From the NCBI GenBank assembly GCA_028023455.1, contig JAQFVV010000001.1, forward strand, positions 4,898,001-4,962,000: DNA of 64,000 nt. Direction: 5' to 3'. This stretch comes from Epiperipatus broadwayi. Taxonomy: Eukaryota; Animalia; Onychophora. The first letter of the stretch is position 1. The number at the start of each line of letters is the position of its first letter. Under the pieces are notes generated by a model, which saw only the letters and a program-made list of their open reading frames with translations, was not told where the DNA came from and searched no databases. This document shows positions 12,232 through 27,541 of this stretch, one piece after another. Both the position numbers and the translations under genes were made by a program.

Positions 12232-14176
12232 CTGTAATTATTTAGTATTCAATAATTAATTTGTAAACACTGTGTTTGCGCTTTCGCAAACCTCCAAAAA
12301 TCTTTTGGCTGGCGACTTTATCGTCTAATTTGCCGCAGGTGGAGATTTCGTTTCTAATATCTCTAAAAGCGGAAATTAGAATTGTGTTTTTCTTTGTAAT
12401 TTTATAAGTCGTCAGCAGGAAGATAAAATTTATCCTTTCTTAAATTACAGGTGAGCCATACTTTCGTTCTGCTAAAGTGTTTACAACTTTTAATATTTTC
12501 GTACTCATGTGCACTCTCCAATAGATTTATTTTTGTATTTATTATGTATGCTTTAAATTTATCAGAGCGTGTACTCAGAATTTGTTTGTAATTCATTTTC
12601 TTTTCTTTAATTGCTGGGGCAGACATAACTGTTTTTCTAATTATTTGCTTGTCTCCTATTGAGACCTTTTCTTATTAATTTTAAAGTAATTTTCGCCAAT
12701 TGTTTGGCTGGGATTCACCAGTTTTTAATTGTTTTACTTCCTTTCAATCTTATTTTTCGGTTGTTCTTGAGGTGGATCAATCACCGTTATTTTAAACGTA
12801 GTAATAGGTGCAGTTCTTACCGATATAAGGACATTCGAGGTCTGACCATGTTTAGATCTCGAAAAGCTCATCGGCACTGGCTTCTTTGATCTATTTCAAG
12901 GACGTATTGTTTGAATATCTGAAAGTGAGAACCAATGTTAAGATGAATCCTCGGCTGAATGAAATTTGATTCCTCCCTTTTAAATTTGTTTATTAGAGAA
13001 TCAGTAGATCTGCCAGAGCATTGCATTTAGTCTTTCTGGTACACGCCTGAGCTAATCATATTTGTTAACTTATAAACTTTTCTTATAAGTTAATTTTCTC
13101 TTAATAAAATTTTATTAAATATGTTTAAACTTAATTTGGCTGACGTTTGTCTTTGTGCTTTTGTCTCAATTGTCTAAACAATTTAAGATCTCTTGTTTTT
13201 CCCTGAGTCTAGTCGGCGCAAACCATCATCATCATCTATTCTGATCACACTAAACAAATTTTCCAGACACGTAGTGGTCTGGTGGCACCCTCTGTATCAG
13301 AATAGATTGATAGACGAAATTAAAACCATTCATCCGGCACATAATATTATGCACATATTCAAGATTAATATTTGCAATCAATATTATTTATTAGTAGATT
13401 TTCAGATATTCAAAAATTATTATGAAAATAGGTGCAGAATGTATGTATTTTATGATCAATTTGTTGCTAAGTCACAATTTTTAAAGTCTTTCTCAAATTA
13501 AATTAATCAGTTGAGGATTTCTTTTTTCAAGTCAGATATTATTGTAATAGACATCCATTTTTTAAAGGTAAACTACATTTTAAAAAGAAACAAAGAAAAA
13601 TTGACTTTTTAAAACTGTAAATATTTTTGAGATATAATAAAATTGCTTTTAAAAATAAAATAACATTGATTTTTTTTTTTATAACAAAACTTTTTTTATG
13701 TTTTTAAAATGAAATCATTGTTCAAATGATAAAAATTAAAATGAGAGCTTTTTCAAAAGATTTATATTTATTTAAATTTGAAAAATAAATTACTAAATGA
13801 CTATTATATTGTTTTAATTTTTTTAAAAAACAAATAGTAATATTTATAATTTAATATGAACTTCTAACTTCAAATAGTAAATGCATTCAGATTTCAGTAC
13901 TGTTGATTTTTCTTTTAAAAATATATGTAGTAGCCAAAGTTATTTTTGAAATAATTTTAAAAGTTCAACTCACTCAAATATTCTTATCACATGAGCATAT
14001 AGATTATAGTAAATATATTTTTTAGAAAAAAATAAACCCAATTAGAAACAGTGACATTCAAGGCATAATTGTGTAATTTAAAACAATAATTAACTTTACT
14101 CTTTGTTTTCTCCTCATATGTAAATCACACATTAGAACAAATTAGTGTAAAATAGATGTCTATTTAATTATTGCAG

Positions 14177-14193
14177 GTGATGGACCTTTGAGG
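14177..14193 (+). other. Candidate 17-nt microexon
   Basis: ttattgcag|GTGATGGACCTTTGAGG|gtatgg, a GC-rich patch in very AT-rich surroundings. Only one frame is open (xDGPLR); another frame gives MDL*. Confidence 0.45.
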
Positions 14194-16829
14194 GTATGGT
14201 TATGCATTTATGTCTTTATCTAATATACATTTTCTTTCAATATTTTAATTAATTAATAAAAACAAATTGAATATTAATAGTCATAATTTTATTAATTAAT
14301 TAAATTAATATATAATTTAAATACATTTGAGGAACAAAAAAAATCAATTGATTTTTATATTTATAAATAAATAAATTTTTATTTGCAAATAGTTGAAAAT
14401 TAGAAACTATTTGTAATAAATAAATAAATAAAAATATTGTTACTTTTTTTTTAATATAGAAAAGGGGGAAAAACTCCATAATATTTAAAAAAAAAAAAAA
14501 ACTTATTATATAAAGCAAAGGATATGTTTTACAATACATGTAAGAGGAAAATTAACAACATTATGCATAAAATGAAGTATTCTATAAACAAATAAGTATT
14601 ACCATATTAAATTATATGTATATGGATTTGATTTGAGACAAATAAATTAAAGTTCAATTATATTACAATTTTTTGTCAAAATTTAATTGTATTGCAAATT
14701 GGTTTTTTTTTTTTTTTTTTCTTAGAAAATTTCATGAATAATCACTAGACAGTAACAAAAAAAATTTCAAATTAAAGTTCACTAAATTTAAATTTATTCC
14801 ACTTTATTATTATTAATTCTAGTTGAATTTAGACAAATCGTACATAATAAAAAAGAAAAAAGACATGTGGGAAAATATATATTCTTAGAAATATTATAGT
14901 CTAAATTTGAAACTTATTCTGTTTTTCTTTAATTGCATGTAAATGACTTTTTCTGCTGATTAACTATATAACATTTAGGAATATAAATTATTTATTTCAT
15001 GGAATAATCAAGTCTGAATATGTTAAATAAAGTGCAAACAGATTTTAAAGAACTATTTTAAATAAATTAGCAAATATGTTTATATATCACTGTCAATCCA
15101 TTTTGTTTGTTTAAAGGAGATTGCTTGCAATTTATTCCAATAACATATTCATATATGATTGTTTCAAGAAATATTCATAATTAAAAAATATGTGAATGGA
15201 ATTGTAATTGCTCATCTTTGATTTTTACAAAATGTCCATGCATTCAAGGTATATATATCCAATGAGTATAGTGATTTAAATAAGTATTACTAATCTTTAT
15301 TTAATAAGAGTTATAACCCTAAAGTATATAATAATTAATTACATAAATTACAAAAAGCTCTAGATTTATTCAAATAATCTGTTCGACAACAAATTTACAT
15401 GAATTGAATTTTATTTTTGGCCAAATTTTTCATTCAGTGCACATTTACCATAAATGATAATGCAGAATATGAAAATATTTTTAACAATTGAAAATGAACA
15501 TTTTGCTATATTATAAAAGTTATTCACACAACATGAGACCCATGTTGCTTTTATATATGAATCATGTTTGGATATATTTTGCTTTATATATGTCGAATTA
15601 TGATCTGTATATATGTATAATACTTCTATATAGGTGATATTTTATTTATAATTCATGTATTTTGAAAAAATGCAGTTTGTTAGAAAAATATATACATGCT
15701 TTCACAAAGTTTCATCAAAGAACAAATGATTCTTAGTTTAAGAAATTTATTTCATCTGCAAACAAAATATTTTTTAAAGTAATATTTTATTACAAAGAAG
15801 TTGATTTTAAAAAGACCACATTTATCTAAACTTTTAAACAAACAAAAGTAATTGTAAATTATTAATATGGTAGATTTGCTATTTGCAACAGTTTGATTTT
15901 AAGAGCTGGAAATAAGATCTAGATAAAAGAATGCATCTGATGTGCATTATTTGTTAAATGAGCATGCACGAGATGATTGGTTAAATTTTTTTATAGTGAC
16001 AGTTTTTAGAAAATATTTGAGAATGAATCATTTCAATAATATTTAAAACTGATGAAAAATAGATGTACAATATTATTTATGTGTTAAATGATAATTTATA
16101 AATATATAAATTGAGTATAATACATCAAGTGATTTATAGTTTCAGATGTGAATCTCTTAAGAGTTTTTCATTAGATATTTATTATATCCTAAACCTAAAG
16201 AATGTTAATCAGCTTTGAATATTGCTGATAAAGCACTATTAATCTGAAATTTCTGGTTCCTGGACTTTTTTAGATTTGTAAATCCAAATTCTATTTCAAA
16301 TATAATCAAATATTAATTTTACTATTAATGTTTTGTTTATATATAAGTACTTCTGTATATAGTATAAATTTATTTTATTACAACACAATTTATGCTTATT
16401 TTTATATAAGTATAATGTTTTATGGCTTCAATTAAAACAATAATAAATCAAAATAATAGTTTATTTTTACCGTTTAACTTCTGCTGCTTTTAATTACTTA
16501 TTTAAAATATAGATCACCTTTCCACTTTTCAATTAAATGTAATCACTTTTAAAGATTAATTATGGCATTGATTAAAAATTAAATAAAGCTATTGTAAAAA
16601 ATAAGTAGTCAAAACAGTTATTATTATAATTTCAATTTTTTTTTTTTGTAAATATATGCACAAACTGTTTATTTTCTGTAAAAGATTAAGGATCACTTTT
16701 GAAGTTTTGTTTGGATAATATAAATTTTTGACTACTAGGTATTCAGATTAATAGTATTCTATCTCTCTTTGTATTTTATAGTTTAATGGTTGCAAATGGC
16801 TTTCTGGAAATGGGTTTAAGAAAGTATTG

Positions 16830-16901
16830 ATTGATAAACAGATTCTATAACTAGATTTTTTTTTCATTGATAAACAGATTCTATAACTAGATTTTTTTTT
16901 C
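16830..16901. repeat. Perfect 36-bp tandem duplication
   Basis: attgataaacagattctataactagatttttttttc occurs twice in a row. Confidence 0.95.
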
Positions 16902-18759
16902 TTTTGTAAACAAGAAAAATACCCAATTATGAATGCATAATTCTGAGAATATATATATGGACAAAAGTAATGTGTGACAGCCAATCACTTTCATTATACT
17001 TTGTGCATTCTAAAATCAACTTTGATGCATTGTATAAGTTAATGATTACAAGATGTCAGTTAAATTGAATAGTTTCTAATTAGTTTATCTTTTTGTAGTA
17101 AATCTTTTTCTATGAAGAAAGCCAATATAATTAATTCTGAAGTGTAGTAATGCTTAAAAAATATTTACAAATCAATAAATTAAAAAAAAATATACAAACA
17201 AAATGCCATTATTTATACAATGACTATTAATTTATACAATAACAAATATATTTCTTTTACATCTTTTTTGCATTCACTTATTTATATAAAAAAATATCGA
17301 AGGTTGATGAGTGAATATGAAATGCTGTTCTTGTTTGAAAATTCTTTAAGATTATTGATAATATATTGCTTTAAATATGAAAGCATGATTTCTTCAAGAA
17401 TGAGATGATGGAGGAAATCTTGAAAACTTTATGAGGGAATGCCATAATAAATAAATTGTTGAATACTAATTCCATTGATGTATATTCATATAAAGTTAAC
17501 TTCTGTTGATTCTTAAGGATATTTGTGCATACTTTTTTTTTGTTTGCAGTATGAAAAACTTTATATTAAATAAATATTATAAAATAATCATTATGTTATT
17601 ATTAACTTATTGAATTTTTAGATTTAATTATTATTCTTGTAAGTTAATTTGTGTATCTGCTTATGAACAATATAATTTGTCATTATTTGCAACCATTCAT
17701 AAATAAGTATGCCCATTCTAACTGCTGAAGAAGAAAAAAACAATAGTAAAGATAAAGAGTAAAAAGTGAAAGATAAAACACAAATACATCCACATATATC
17801 ATATACTGGTCTTACAGTCTATTTGTTATTTTGTAATGCTGTTTTGTAACTTCTGTGATGAACTTCATTTTTTGAAAGATTTCAAAACTATGGCTTTATT
17901 GTAGCTCTGCACTATAATCTGCTCTCTCAGCCATATCCTCTCAATAAAAGCAGTTAATATTGCACTTCTTTGAGATAATCTGTATAATGTAAATAAGGTT
18001 TGCTTCTCTCATGAAAAGTCAAACAATTTTTTTTTTTTTTAAAGGAAAGTATTTCTTATTTTTCATTTGCTTTACATGCCCAATCCAATGAAGATGTACT
18101 TTTACAGTAATAGATTTAATAGCATGAATTCCAGAAAGTTGAAGAATAATTAAATTTTTGATTTTGCCATCATATATATTTAAAGATTCTTACAAAGGAT
18201 CCTTAAATGAAATTTTTCTAATACCTTTATAGTATGATAATAGGAAGCCCATGTTTCACTTCCATACAATAAATCTGGAAATAGTCAATGCTGTGCAATA
18301 AATTTATAGTCTGTGTTGCATTTAAATATCAAATTTTTGTCTTTCTACTTTCAAATCAATTATTATCAAAAATAAAATTTGTTGAATATTTTTTTTTCAT
18401 CATTTGAATTTTTGTTCATTAATTAAGCAAAGTCTTTATAAGGATGCTATCAAACATCAAAAACAAATCACTTTTTTTGAATTAGTGAATTAGCATAATC
18501 ATTTACATATGTCATTTCTCTCAGTGTAGAATTTTTTAAAAATAATGTGTTGCAAATATGAGTAACTCTGTTCTTGAATTCACTAAAAGTGAAGAATCTC
18601 TGAGAAAGATATGGAATTTTCTGTCTGGCAAAACAATTAAATTGAATGTATAGTTTGATAAGCTATATAGAAGTTTAAAGATGGAAGGGTTAAATTGCAT
18701 TAAAATGTCAAAAAAGTTACAGCAATTGCCTGCAATGATCACTATAGATTATTTTTTTG

Positions 18760-19300
18760 GAGTGAAAGTAAAATATGGATATGAAAAACATCATAATCTT
18801 ATTAAATTCATGGAAGACACTTTTTTAAATGGTGCCTATTGAATAATGATATAAGAATTCAGAGTTTAATGATATATATATATTCTCCCTGCTTTATTAT
18901 ATTGAGCTCAGCCTCTACATTATAATTGGATAAAGATATCTTTTTTATTTAATGAAATTAATCAGCTTTTTGCAAAAAAAACCCCTGAAAGTTCTGATAA
19001 AACACATTGAGAAGATTTACCTCAATGCTATTGAAATTTTTTAATAGAATGTATGATTTGAAATTATATCAACTGACTGTTTTAAGGATGCTTCTATTGT
19101 TTAATTTATAAAAATGAAGATGATAAAAAAGACTGCAGTAATTACCATGGATTATCATTGTTATCCATTATGCAAAACTACCTTCAAAGAGTTTATCAAA
19201 TAGGTTGCTTTTAATTATAAATAAATGGTATAAGAAACTCACCATGGTTTTAGAGAATTAAAGTTGCCACACAAATGCATGTGAAGTGGCATTGTTTTAA
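18760..19300 (+). mobile_element. RTE (BovB-like) LINE remnant, start of the RT domain
   Basis: FKDASIV followed, in a shifted frame, by YKNEDDKKDCSNYHGLSLLSI (about 19080-19170), similar to RTE YKNKGD.SDC.NYRGISLLS. Confidence 0.75.
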
Positions 19301-22300
19301 ATAAAATGACTCTCCATTGAAATTTATTTACATTATATAGCTTCTATTGATGGAATATGAGGAAATATATTGAATGAATAATGAATATATTAAAAACTTT
19401 ATTTAACATGGTTAATAAAATTATGTTAATTGAATGTATTGTGATGATTAATAGTTTATTTTTTTGATTATCATTCTTACAAAATAAAATAAAATGCAGA
19501 AACAAGTTTATTTGTAGTCAGATTAAGAAAATTATTGGCATTATTATGATTAGTTGTGATATAATCTACAAAAAGAAAATATTTAGATACATTTCAATTA
19601 TTGTTTAATAAAGTATAATAACAAATTTAATTTAGAATTTAATTTATCACTCAATTTTTTAAAATTATATCATTTTTATTGCAGATTATAAAGCAAAAAT
19701 GTTTAAAATATTTCAATTTATCTGATATTAAAAAAAAAAAAAAACTTTTTTTGTTTGTTTTAGAAATATTGTAATCGCTCTCTTTTTATCTTGTTCTATA
19801 AACCAGAGCAATTTAACAATTGGAGGAGGGGGGGGGGAGAAATTAAAGTTAAAAAAATTAAAACAATTTTTAAAAACTAAACTTAACTTTAATTCAAGGC
19901 TTAACAATAAAAAAAATTGCATAATATTTCATAAAAGTGATGAAGGATTTTCCCTTTTTGTTGTATTAATTTTTTCAGCATAAGTGAAAAATAATGCCAG
20001 ATTATCACGTATGGAAACAAGCATTAGAATGAATTTTGGAAATTATTGCTAAGTAATCTAAGAATTAGAATTTTTATTGATTTTTAAAAAACTCTTTATA
20101 ATAAGAAAAAAATAAAATTTTTGTCAATTTTATTTGAATTTAGCTTAGAATTATTAATTAATTTTAAATTTCCATAAAATATATTAATATATAAATCATA
20201 GTATTCTTGTTTTAAAAAAAAACTTTTATTATTGAACAAACTTAATATGAGCAAATTATGAACAATGTTGTGTGCACATATTGTATCCATGTACACTGAT
20301 ATTTCAGTTATTGAATATAAACATTATCAAGACAAATATTTTACAAATGTTTAGAAATATATGTGAAACTTAAAAATAAAGCCAAATAAATTACAATATA
20401 CCAACAAGCATATAAAAATAAAACAAACCCATAAATAAATATGCAAAAAGATATTTTTTAAAAATTAAATTTTTAAATTTAAATAAATTAATATATATAG
20501 AAGAAAATCATTTTAGTTTATTATTTCATAAAAACTGAATTTATATAAACCTTTTTTTTTTTTTTTTTTAGGATGTCTTATTTTTAAATATGTTTAACTA
20601 ATGTTAATATTATTATACCATAAAAATTGGTTATAACTATTTTCTGTCATGATAAGGTTCTATTTAAATTAAAACTAAAATTATCTAATTCTTGTATAAT
20701 ATGAAAACTCTTCCAATTAAGCATAAGTTTTATTAAAAGTGGGTTTTAAGTTATTTTTCATTATATTTTATTACATTCTTACTCATTTTAATCTTTAATT
20801 ATAGTATTTTTTTTATTTATAGAATATAAATGTCTTACGGAATTTCTATCACATATATGCTATTTAAAGTCTTGCTTTTAATTTATTTTTGATAATTTGT
20901 TTTTTATTATTATATTTACAATCAAGACATACAAATTCATGTATATTATTTAAATTTTCATTTTTTATTTCATTATAATTATTGTATAAATTACTCATTA
21001 TCTTTCTTTTTATGAATTAAATTAACATCAAGTTTATATTTTTTTATATATCATATATTTCTATTTTATTATAATTATTTTTCTAAGCACAATTATATAA
21101 ATTGTTGATCTTTTCTTCTTCTTATTATCATTTTCAATTTTATTTTTTATTTCTTCATTTTTATTTTCTAAGCTTATTTATTATATCAATAGAATGTTCA
21201 TTAATGGCTACCTTTTTATTTGTTATTTTGCTTTTATTTTTAAAATGTTATTGTTTAAACATGTTTTAATTGCTCTAAATTGTCTATTATTTTATAGTAC
21301 TCTATAATATATTATATATCACTATTTATTTTAATACTTTCTTTAATCTTTGTTATTAATTACAGAATCCATAGAATTGTTATTACTCCTTTTTAAATTT
21401 TATATTATTTTATATAATATTTGTATTTTAATAAAGTAGTTCATAACTTCTTTTATCTTTAAATATCATAAAATAATCATCCACATATCTTTTAAAAAAT
21501 ATAGAGTACTGTATAAAGATTTAGTAAAATATTTATATTATTTTCAATTTTGAATATATATATAAAACAGAACAAGATATACCTAAAGATATATATTGTA
21601 AAAAACAATTGTATATAATAAGAAAAACATTTTATGTTAAAAAAAAATCCTTGAAATATATATATATATTTGGAGTATATAAAATTCCATATTGAGTATG
21701 CCAATAAAACACTAGGTGACATCAATGAAATTTGAAATACTATTATTGAATATAGACTTAAATGATCTTGGGCTTCAAGTATAGATGCTGTTTTCAAGCA
21801 TATATACCATAATATAATACCATCTAAATATCTATTTAATATATACACTTATATGCAATTATTTTTTGTATAATGCATCTTTCTGTTATTTGAATTTATG
21901 TATATGTAATGGATAAATAAAAGAACATAAATATTAACATGCAAAAAAAAAAATGCACCGATTTATGTGGGAATCAGAAGGAATTTGTTTTATTTATTCA
22001 CACACACACTCATATATATATATAATAATTTATCAGCACTATAAACATAATTAATTTAAGCTATATTAAATCTTCATGTACTATGAACCATATTTTTTAA
22101 ATTTCCATTAACTAGTTATTGATGGAAAAATAGGACCAATCTTTGCAATATATGTTTCAGACCTTCATCACATACGTGTGTGTTGCCATTCACATTTTTT
22201 TCATCAAGTGACTATAAATGGAATACCAGATCACAAATGAAATAATATTCTATCCATTTTCTAAAACTGATTTCTTTCAATTTATTCACATCTATTTTTT

Positions 22301-25300
22301 TTTTATCCCATTGCATAATATACATATATAGTTTTTTGCTGAAAACATTATTGGTATTCTAGAAAAACTCCATATTTTAGTTAGCATTATAGGAGAACTT
22401 GGAAAACATGTGACAAGAATATACCTAATTTATTTTATAGCATATATCAAATATAAAAAAAACAATAAGAAAAGTGTTACTATATAACAGTAACAATCCT
22501 TAGTCAAAATTCAATTTTTAGAATTAAATCAAATGCCCTATTCTAAAATAAAGAATGCTATATCAAATAATAATACATATGGAAAGAAGTTGTATCATTT
22601 TAATTATTTTTAATATCTTTTCTAGCTAAACTAATCCTACATAACCTTAATATTTTAAAGTATAGAAAAGGAAGCAGCCACAATATAATTTATTAATAAT
22701 TAATTTCAACATTATTAAATTATGAAACTTTTTTTATTTTCTGAAAAAATAGCAACTTCTATCTGTAGATGTGCAAAATCTTCTTTATAAACTAAACCAA
22801 ATGTTTTTTCATATTATTCCAGAGATTATTTAAAATTAAGTTCATTGTTTTCAACATTTCTGTTTTCCATGGTTTTTCTCTTTAAAGTTATGTTTTTTTT
22901 TTTTTTAAAAAAAATCATCTAATATTTTTCAAAGTATAGCTTAAACTAATTTAGTTTTATAATTTTTTCTCAAATATAATTAAAGCCATTTTACTTTTAA
23001 ATGGAAAACTAACACTTTAAATCAGCATTTTAATATATAATTCTTTTTTTATTCCAAGTTTAATTAAATTTAATTACAGTTTTTAGTGAGACATTATTAT
23101 CTTCAATATTTAACTGCTTTAAGTAATCTAATTTAAAATAATATTTTTGTATGTGTATCTGTTTTGTTTAATAGCAGGAAAATCGATTAAATTCCATTTA
23201 TGCCTGATATGTGATCTAGTGAATATTTTCTCCAGCTTTATAATGGTGTATACCCTGTAATTATTTTTTAAAATGCATAGTAATAATTATGATAAATATA
23301 AAAAATTACCTGAATTTTTCATTACTAAGAGTAATTTAAAAAAAAAAAAAAATATGAACATTTATAAAGATTCTAATGAATGATTATCTCAAAATTATTT
23401 TCCTAAAGAAAAAAAAATACATTACTATTATTTTTAAATAAGTTACTTATTAATTTATACAAGGAATTGCCCATATATATATGTTTGTGTCTGCAAATAA
23501 ATTTCACTTGCAGTTATTGATATATATATACATTTTTAAGTTGTAATTTAGCAATGTTATTTCTGATAAACATTTGATAATAAATTATTGCATAATTTAG
23601 TATTTATTTTAGTTATTTTGCAAAGAAGAAATGATACTTTTCATATATCAGTACTGATGGTTTTGTATAAAAAAATGAAATAGTCATTTTTATATTTTGA
23701 ATACTATCAGCATAAACCATGAAAAGTAAGACTTTTTATACACTATTTTAATTATAATTTTATGAAGAATATAATAAACTCATTATTAAAATGTGTATTT
23801 AAAAATTTATATCAAAATGAATAATATATGAATAAATATAAAATGAATAACTTTAAAATGTTCAATTTTTTTAATTTTTATTACATAATAATGACTATAT
23901 TTTTTCAGCTTTATTTCTTTTCATGATATGTTAACTTTACAATTATATATATTTTATATTTATATTATGTTGACTGAAATTATTGTGATAAATGTATCTT
24001 CAATCAAATGCATAAAAATTCAATGCGATACTTATTAAAAAAATTATTATTAAATAATTTATCAAATTTCATTATGATATAGGAAGACTGGATTTTTTTA
24101 ATTCATTATTAAAAAATAATTAATAAACAAGCAAATATCACTTTTTCATGTGTTATTATTATTTTGTTTTCTTTATCATTGTTGTCACTACTTTGTTTCA
24201 AAATTTTCTCTATCAAATTATAACATATATTAGGGTTTTTGAATTTAAATATAGTCTGTTTTTGATTTATGTAAATAGTTTATTAAATATGACTTTTTTT
24301 GCATAAATAAGCTCAATGTTTTGTTTAGACACATCTTTAGATGAGACATAGAATATAAAAATATTTTTAAACATACAAATATAAACACTTCAGTATATCA
24401 TAAAAGAATATTAATGCAATATAAGGCTCACAAGAAATTAAAACTGAATTCTTATCATTTTTTTTTTTTACTATTTTGTATTTTAAATATTCCAAGAATT
24501 GTTTACTATAGTTTAGGATTTATATATCATTTTGTATTACAAGCTTCTACACTTATAAACTATAAAATATAAGACTTTGATATATAATTGAAAGGGAGGA
24601 AGAAACAACATTATTAAAAATCAATTGTTTAAATGCTAATTTCCATATTTAAGACAGGTTCATTGGTCAGCATTTGTCAGACTTAATAAATGTTGGTTTA
24701 AAAGAGATGTACATAAGCACTTCACATGTTCTTATAGTAAAAAGGATGAGGAATACAAATATTTCAATAGTAAATATAAAATGACAAAAATGAACAAAGT
24801 CTAGATGGATTTGCAAAAGTTGGTAATAAATTTTCTTTTTTTGACAAGGAGAAATTACTTTTTTTTCCTTTTGTATGTAAAATTGGGAATAAAAAAAATG
24901 TAATAATAATAATTATAGTATTTGTTAGTGATTCAAGTTTGGAACAGATATCCTTATTAAGTGGCATAACAAAAATATGAGTAGGAAAGGTAAAGAACGA
25001 AGACTAATGCTGTAAAGCATAGGAGAATATGCAGAAGGAGAGAAGGATCCACATCATGAATAATTAATTCACGGCAAAATTAATATGTAGCCACTGTCTT
25101 TCTCAAGTATAACCTGTCCTCACCAATGTTTGCATCAAGATTAGGGAAGTGTAAAAGCATTTTTCAGTGATAATGAATATACAGTCATTTAACAAAGCAT
25201 TTCTCAATACAAAGCAAACATGATGAGATTTTATACATTGGAAGCTCTCAATATGTTGGATTAGAATCCACTCAAGTGTACTCATTGGAGCCTGAACTAT

Positions 25301-27541
25301 GTAATTTTCCCTAGCCAGAACTTCCCAACCTTCCAGAGTAAAATTATGATAAAGTAAGATCTCATCTCTACCTGCCTATAAAAACACAAGCTCACCATCT
25401 ACCATTTTAATTGTATATAAGAGAATAATAACATAAGGAAAATTAAATGATATTGACCTTTAATGAGTTAGCTTACTATATTACCATGTTATGGACAGTA
25501 CCGCTGTAATATTTTCTTTGATATGAAAATATAAGATCTTAACTAATTATTATTTTTGTATTATTTTATATGCTTTTTTGTATTCCAATTATTTTTATCA
25601 TGGTAATAGCAAAATAATTATAGATTTATAATTTCACTATAATAATTCATAGGAGTGCATTGGAAATAAATGAAGGGAATCAAAAAATTAATTAGGAAAT
25701 AAAATCTTATTTTTAGGTGGTTCTCAAAATAGATACTCCAGAACTGCTTGTAATAATATATATATATTCCGTAAGTGATCTTAGAGTACTTAATATAAAT
25801 ATTTGTTGTAAAATATTTTTGTCAGTGATGTCTTGTCTTATACCAAACATGGATAAGAGAAATTTAATAGTCTGAAGAAAACATGCTCTGCTGTGAATGA
25901 GATAGACTTGGGAGTGTTAATGGTAAATGGAAATTGTGTTACTGGAGGTGAGGATGTAGTATATATAGAGGTATCCTTTGCGAATGGAGAGTAGTGCCTA
26001 ATTTGGCTCAGGCCCAATATAATAAAATTATAAATAGAAAGCAGTAGTACTAATGATAAAATGCTTTTGAATCAGAGAGAAGGTGGATGACCCTCTGAGA
26101 ATTGAGTTGCCACATAGTGATAAGGAAATATCAATACTATGTGTGATCATCATCATCAATCTAATTTAGCAGTTCATTGGTTTTGTAATGTAAGTATCAT
26201 CTCTGAATCACAATTACAAAAAGTGTGTTTGGCATATCAGAGTAAGTTCTGAGGTAATATTCAACTATTGCTGCGTAAACAATTACAATATACATATATA
26301 TTTCTAGAACCAACAAATATTGTTCTAATAATTTAAACTTACATTTGAAAATAATATGCAGTACATTTTAATTTCATCTCTTTTTTTAAGTCAATCATCT
26401 ATAGCTTTTCATGTATTATGTATAATTGCTTTGTTTTTTATGTATATTACATAAATCTCTTTTATAACTGATATATTTATTAGCAATGCTTATTCATAAC
26501 AATCATTTTTATATTTGAAATATGAATTTTAACATAAGATCGTGACACATGAATAGAAAGAATAGTTAATGTAAGAAGATTGTCATGCAGATATGTAAAA
26601 AATTATAGATATACCTGATCTTCATTAAGCTTAAAGTCTTTATTTAAATATCTAAGGTTAAAAGAAAATGGTAATTTCTGCTTTAATGAAATGTGATTAA
26701 TAATCATTTATTGTATTTATTGAAGGAGATATGTGTACCAATGAAATTTATATATATGTAAGCAAATATATTGAATTCATCTATATATAATATTGTTACA
26801 ATTAATATCAACATTGTATTGAAATTTTGGCTGGTTTGTATCTTTAATTGTCTGTCTAGTGGTAATCATTCAAGCAGATGTTTCTGAGATGTTGAAAACC
26901 AGCCTAATGAAAGATGTGATCTGGTCAAAACATTAGTAAAATGTATACATGGATTAATTCAAAATATGTTTTGCATCTTAAATCTTGAAAATCTTTGCTT
27001 TAATGTTATTTCTGCCAAAAATCAGTACTGTTTATTATTATTTGCAATAATATCTGTTGATATCATTTGTTAAAAAAATGCTGTACTATTATAATTTATA
27101 AGATGGTTAATCTTTAAAAATTTTGACAAATGAAAAACTATATATATACTTTTTTGGAATTTTCCATTGGAAAAACAAAATGTTCTTTTTTCATTTTAAA
27201 AATCATTATCATTATTTTAATCTGGCTATATGTAATATATTGGTAGTCTTTATAATGAGTTGATTAATAATTGAATGGTATGGTTACTACTTACAGAACT
27301 GTCCTGCCTCTAATTCTCTTTTTTTCTTAGTAAACTCTGTCATTTTTATAGCATGAATTTGTATAATGTATAAGATTTTTAAGAATGCATTAAAAGTAGT
27401 CTATGAGAATTAAAATATATATATATGTTTCTATAACAGTAGTTTTGTTTTGTGAAGTATCTTCAAGTTTAAAATGAGTACTTTGAAATATATGTTTTCT
27501 TTTTGATAAATCAAAGATCTCATATATTCAAATTTTTTTAG

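Larger units (their letters stand above)
11400..13330. promoter_or_regulatory. CpG-rich, GC-elevated island (promoter / first-exon region)
   Basis: I count roughly 45 CpGs by eye in about 1.9 kb, whereas CpG is rare in the flanking non-TE DNA. I recognise no TE motif here. An E2F-like TTTCGCGGGAAA lies at about 11577-11588. Confidence 0.7.

Noticed and set aside
12402-13025. Short minus-strand ORFs in the CpG island (for example the 74-aa MSAPAIKEKK...)
   Set aside because: No recognisable domain, and no splice path I tried links them into a longer ORF. They may be chance ORFs or antisense uORFs.
14177-14193. Microexon peptide GDGPLR resembles the end of ornithine decarboxylase antizyme ORF1 (GPxWxS*)
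   Set aside because: I found no downstream exon with TGG-TGY/TGG-TCC-TGA and no antizyme ORF2 in the window, and the matching frame of exon 1 contains three stops.
20500-21860. Possible very old minus-strand LINE relic and ORF 21492-21848
   Set aside because: Only vague compositional similarity, with no motif clear enough to support a call.
24980-26130. GC-elevated segments, possibly DNA-transposon or LINE remnants (including ORF 25103-25285)
   Set aside because: I identified no TIR, TSD or diagnostic protein motif by eye, so they are left unclassified.
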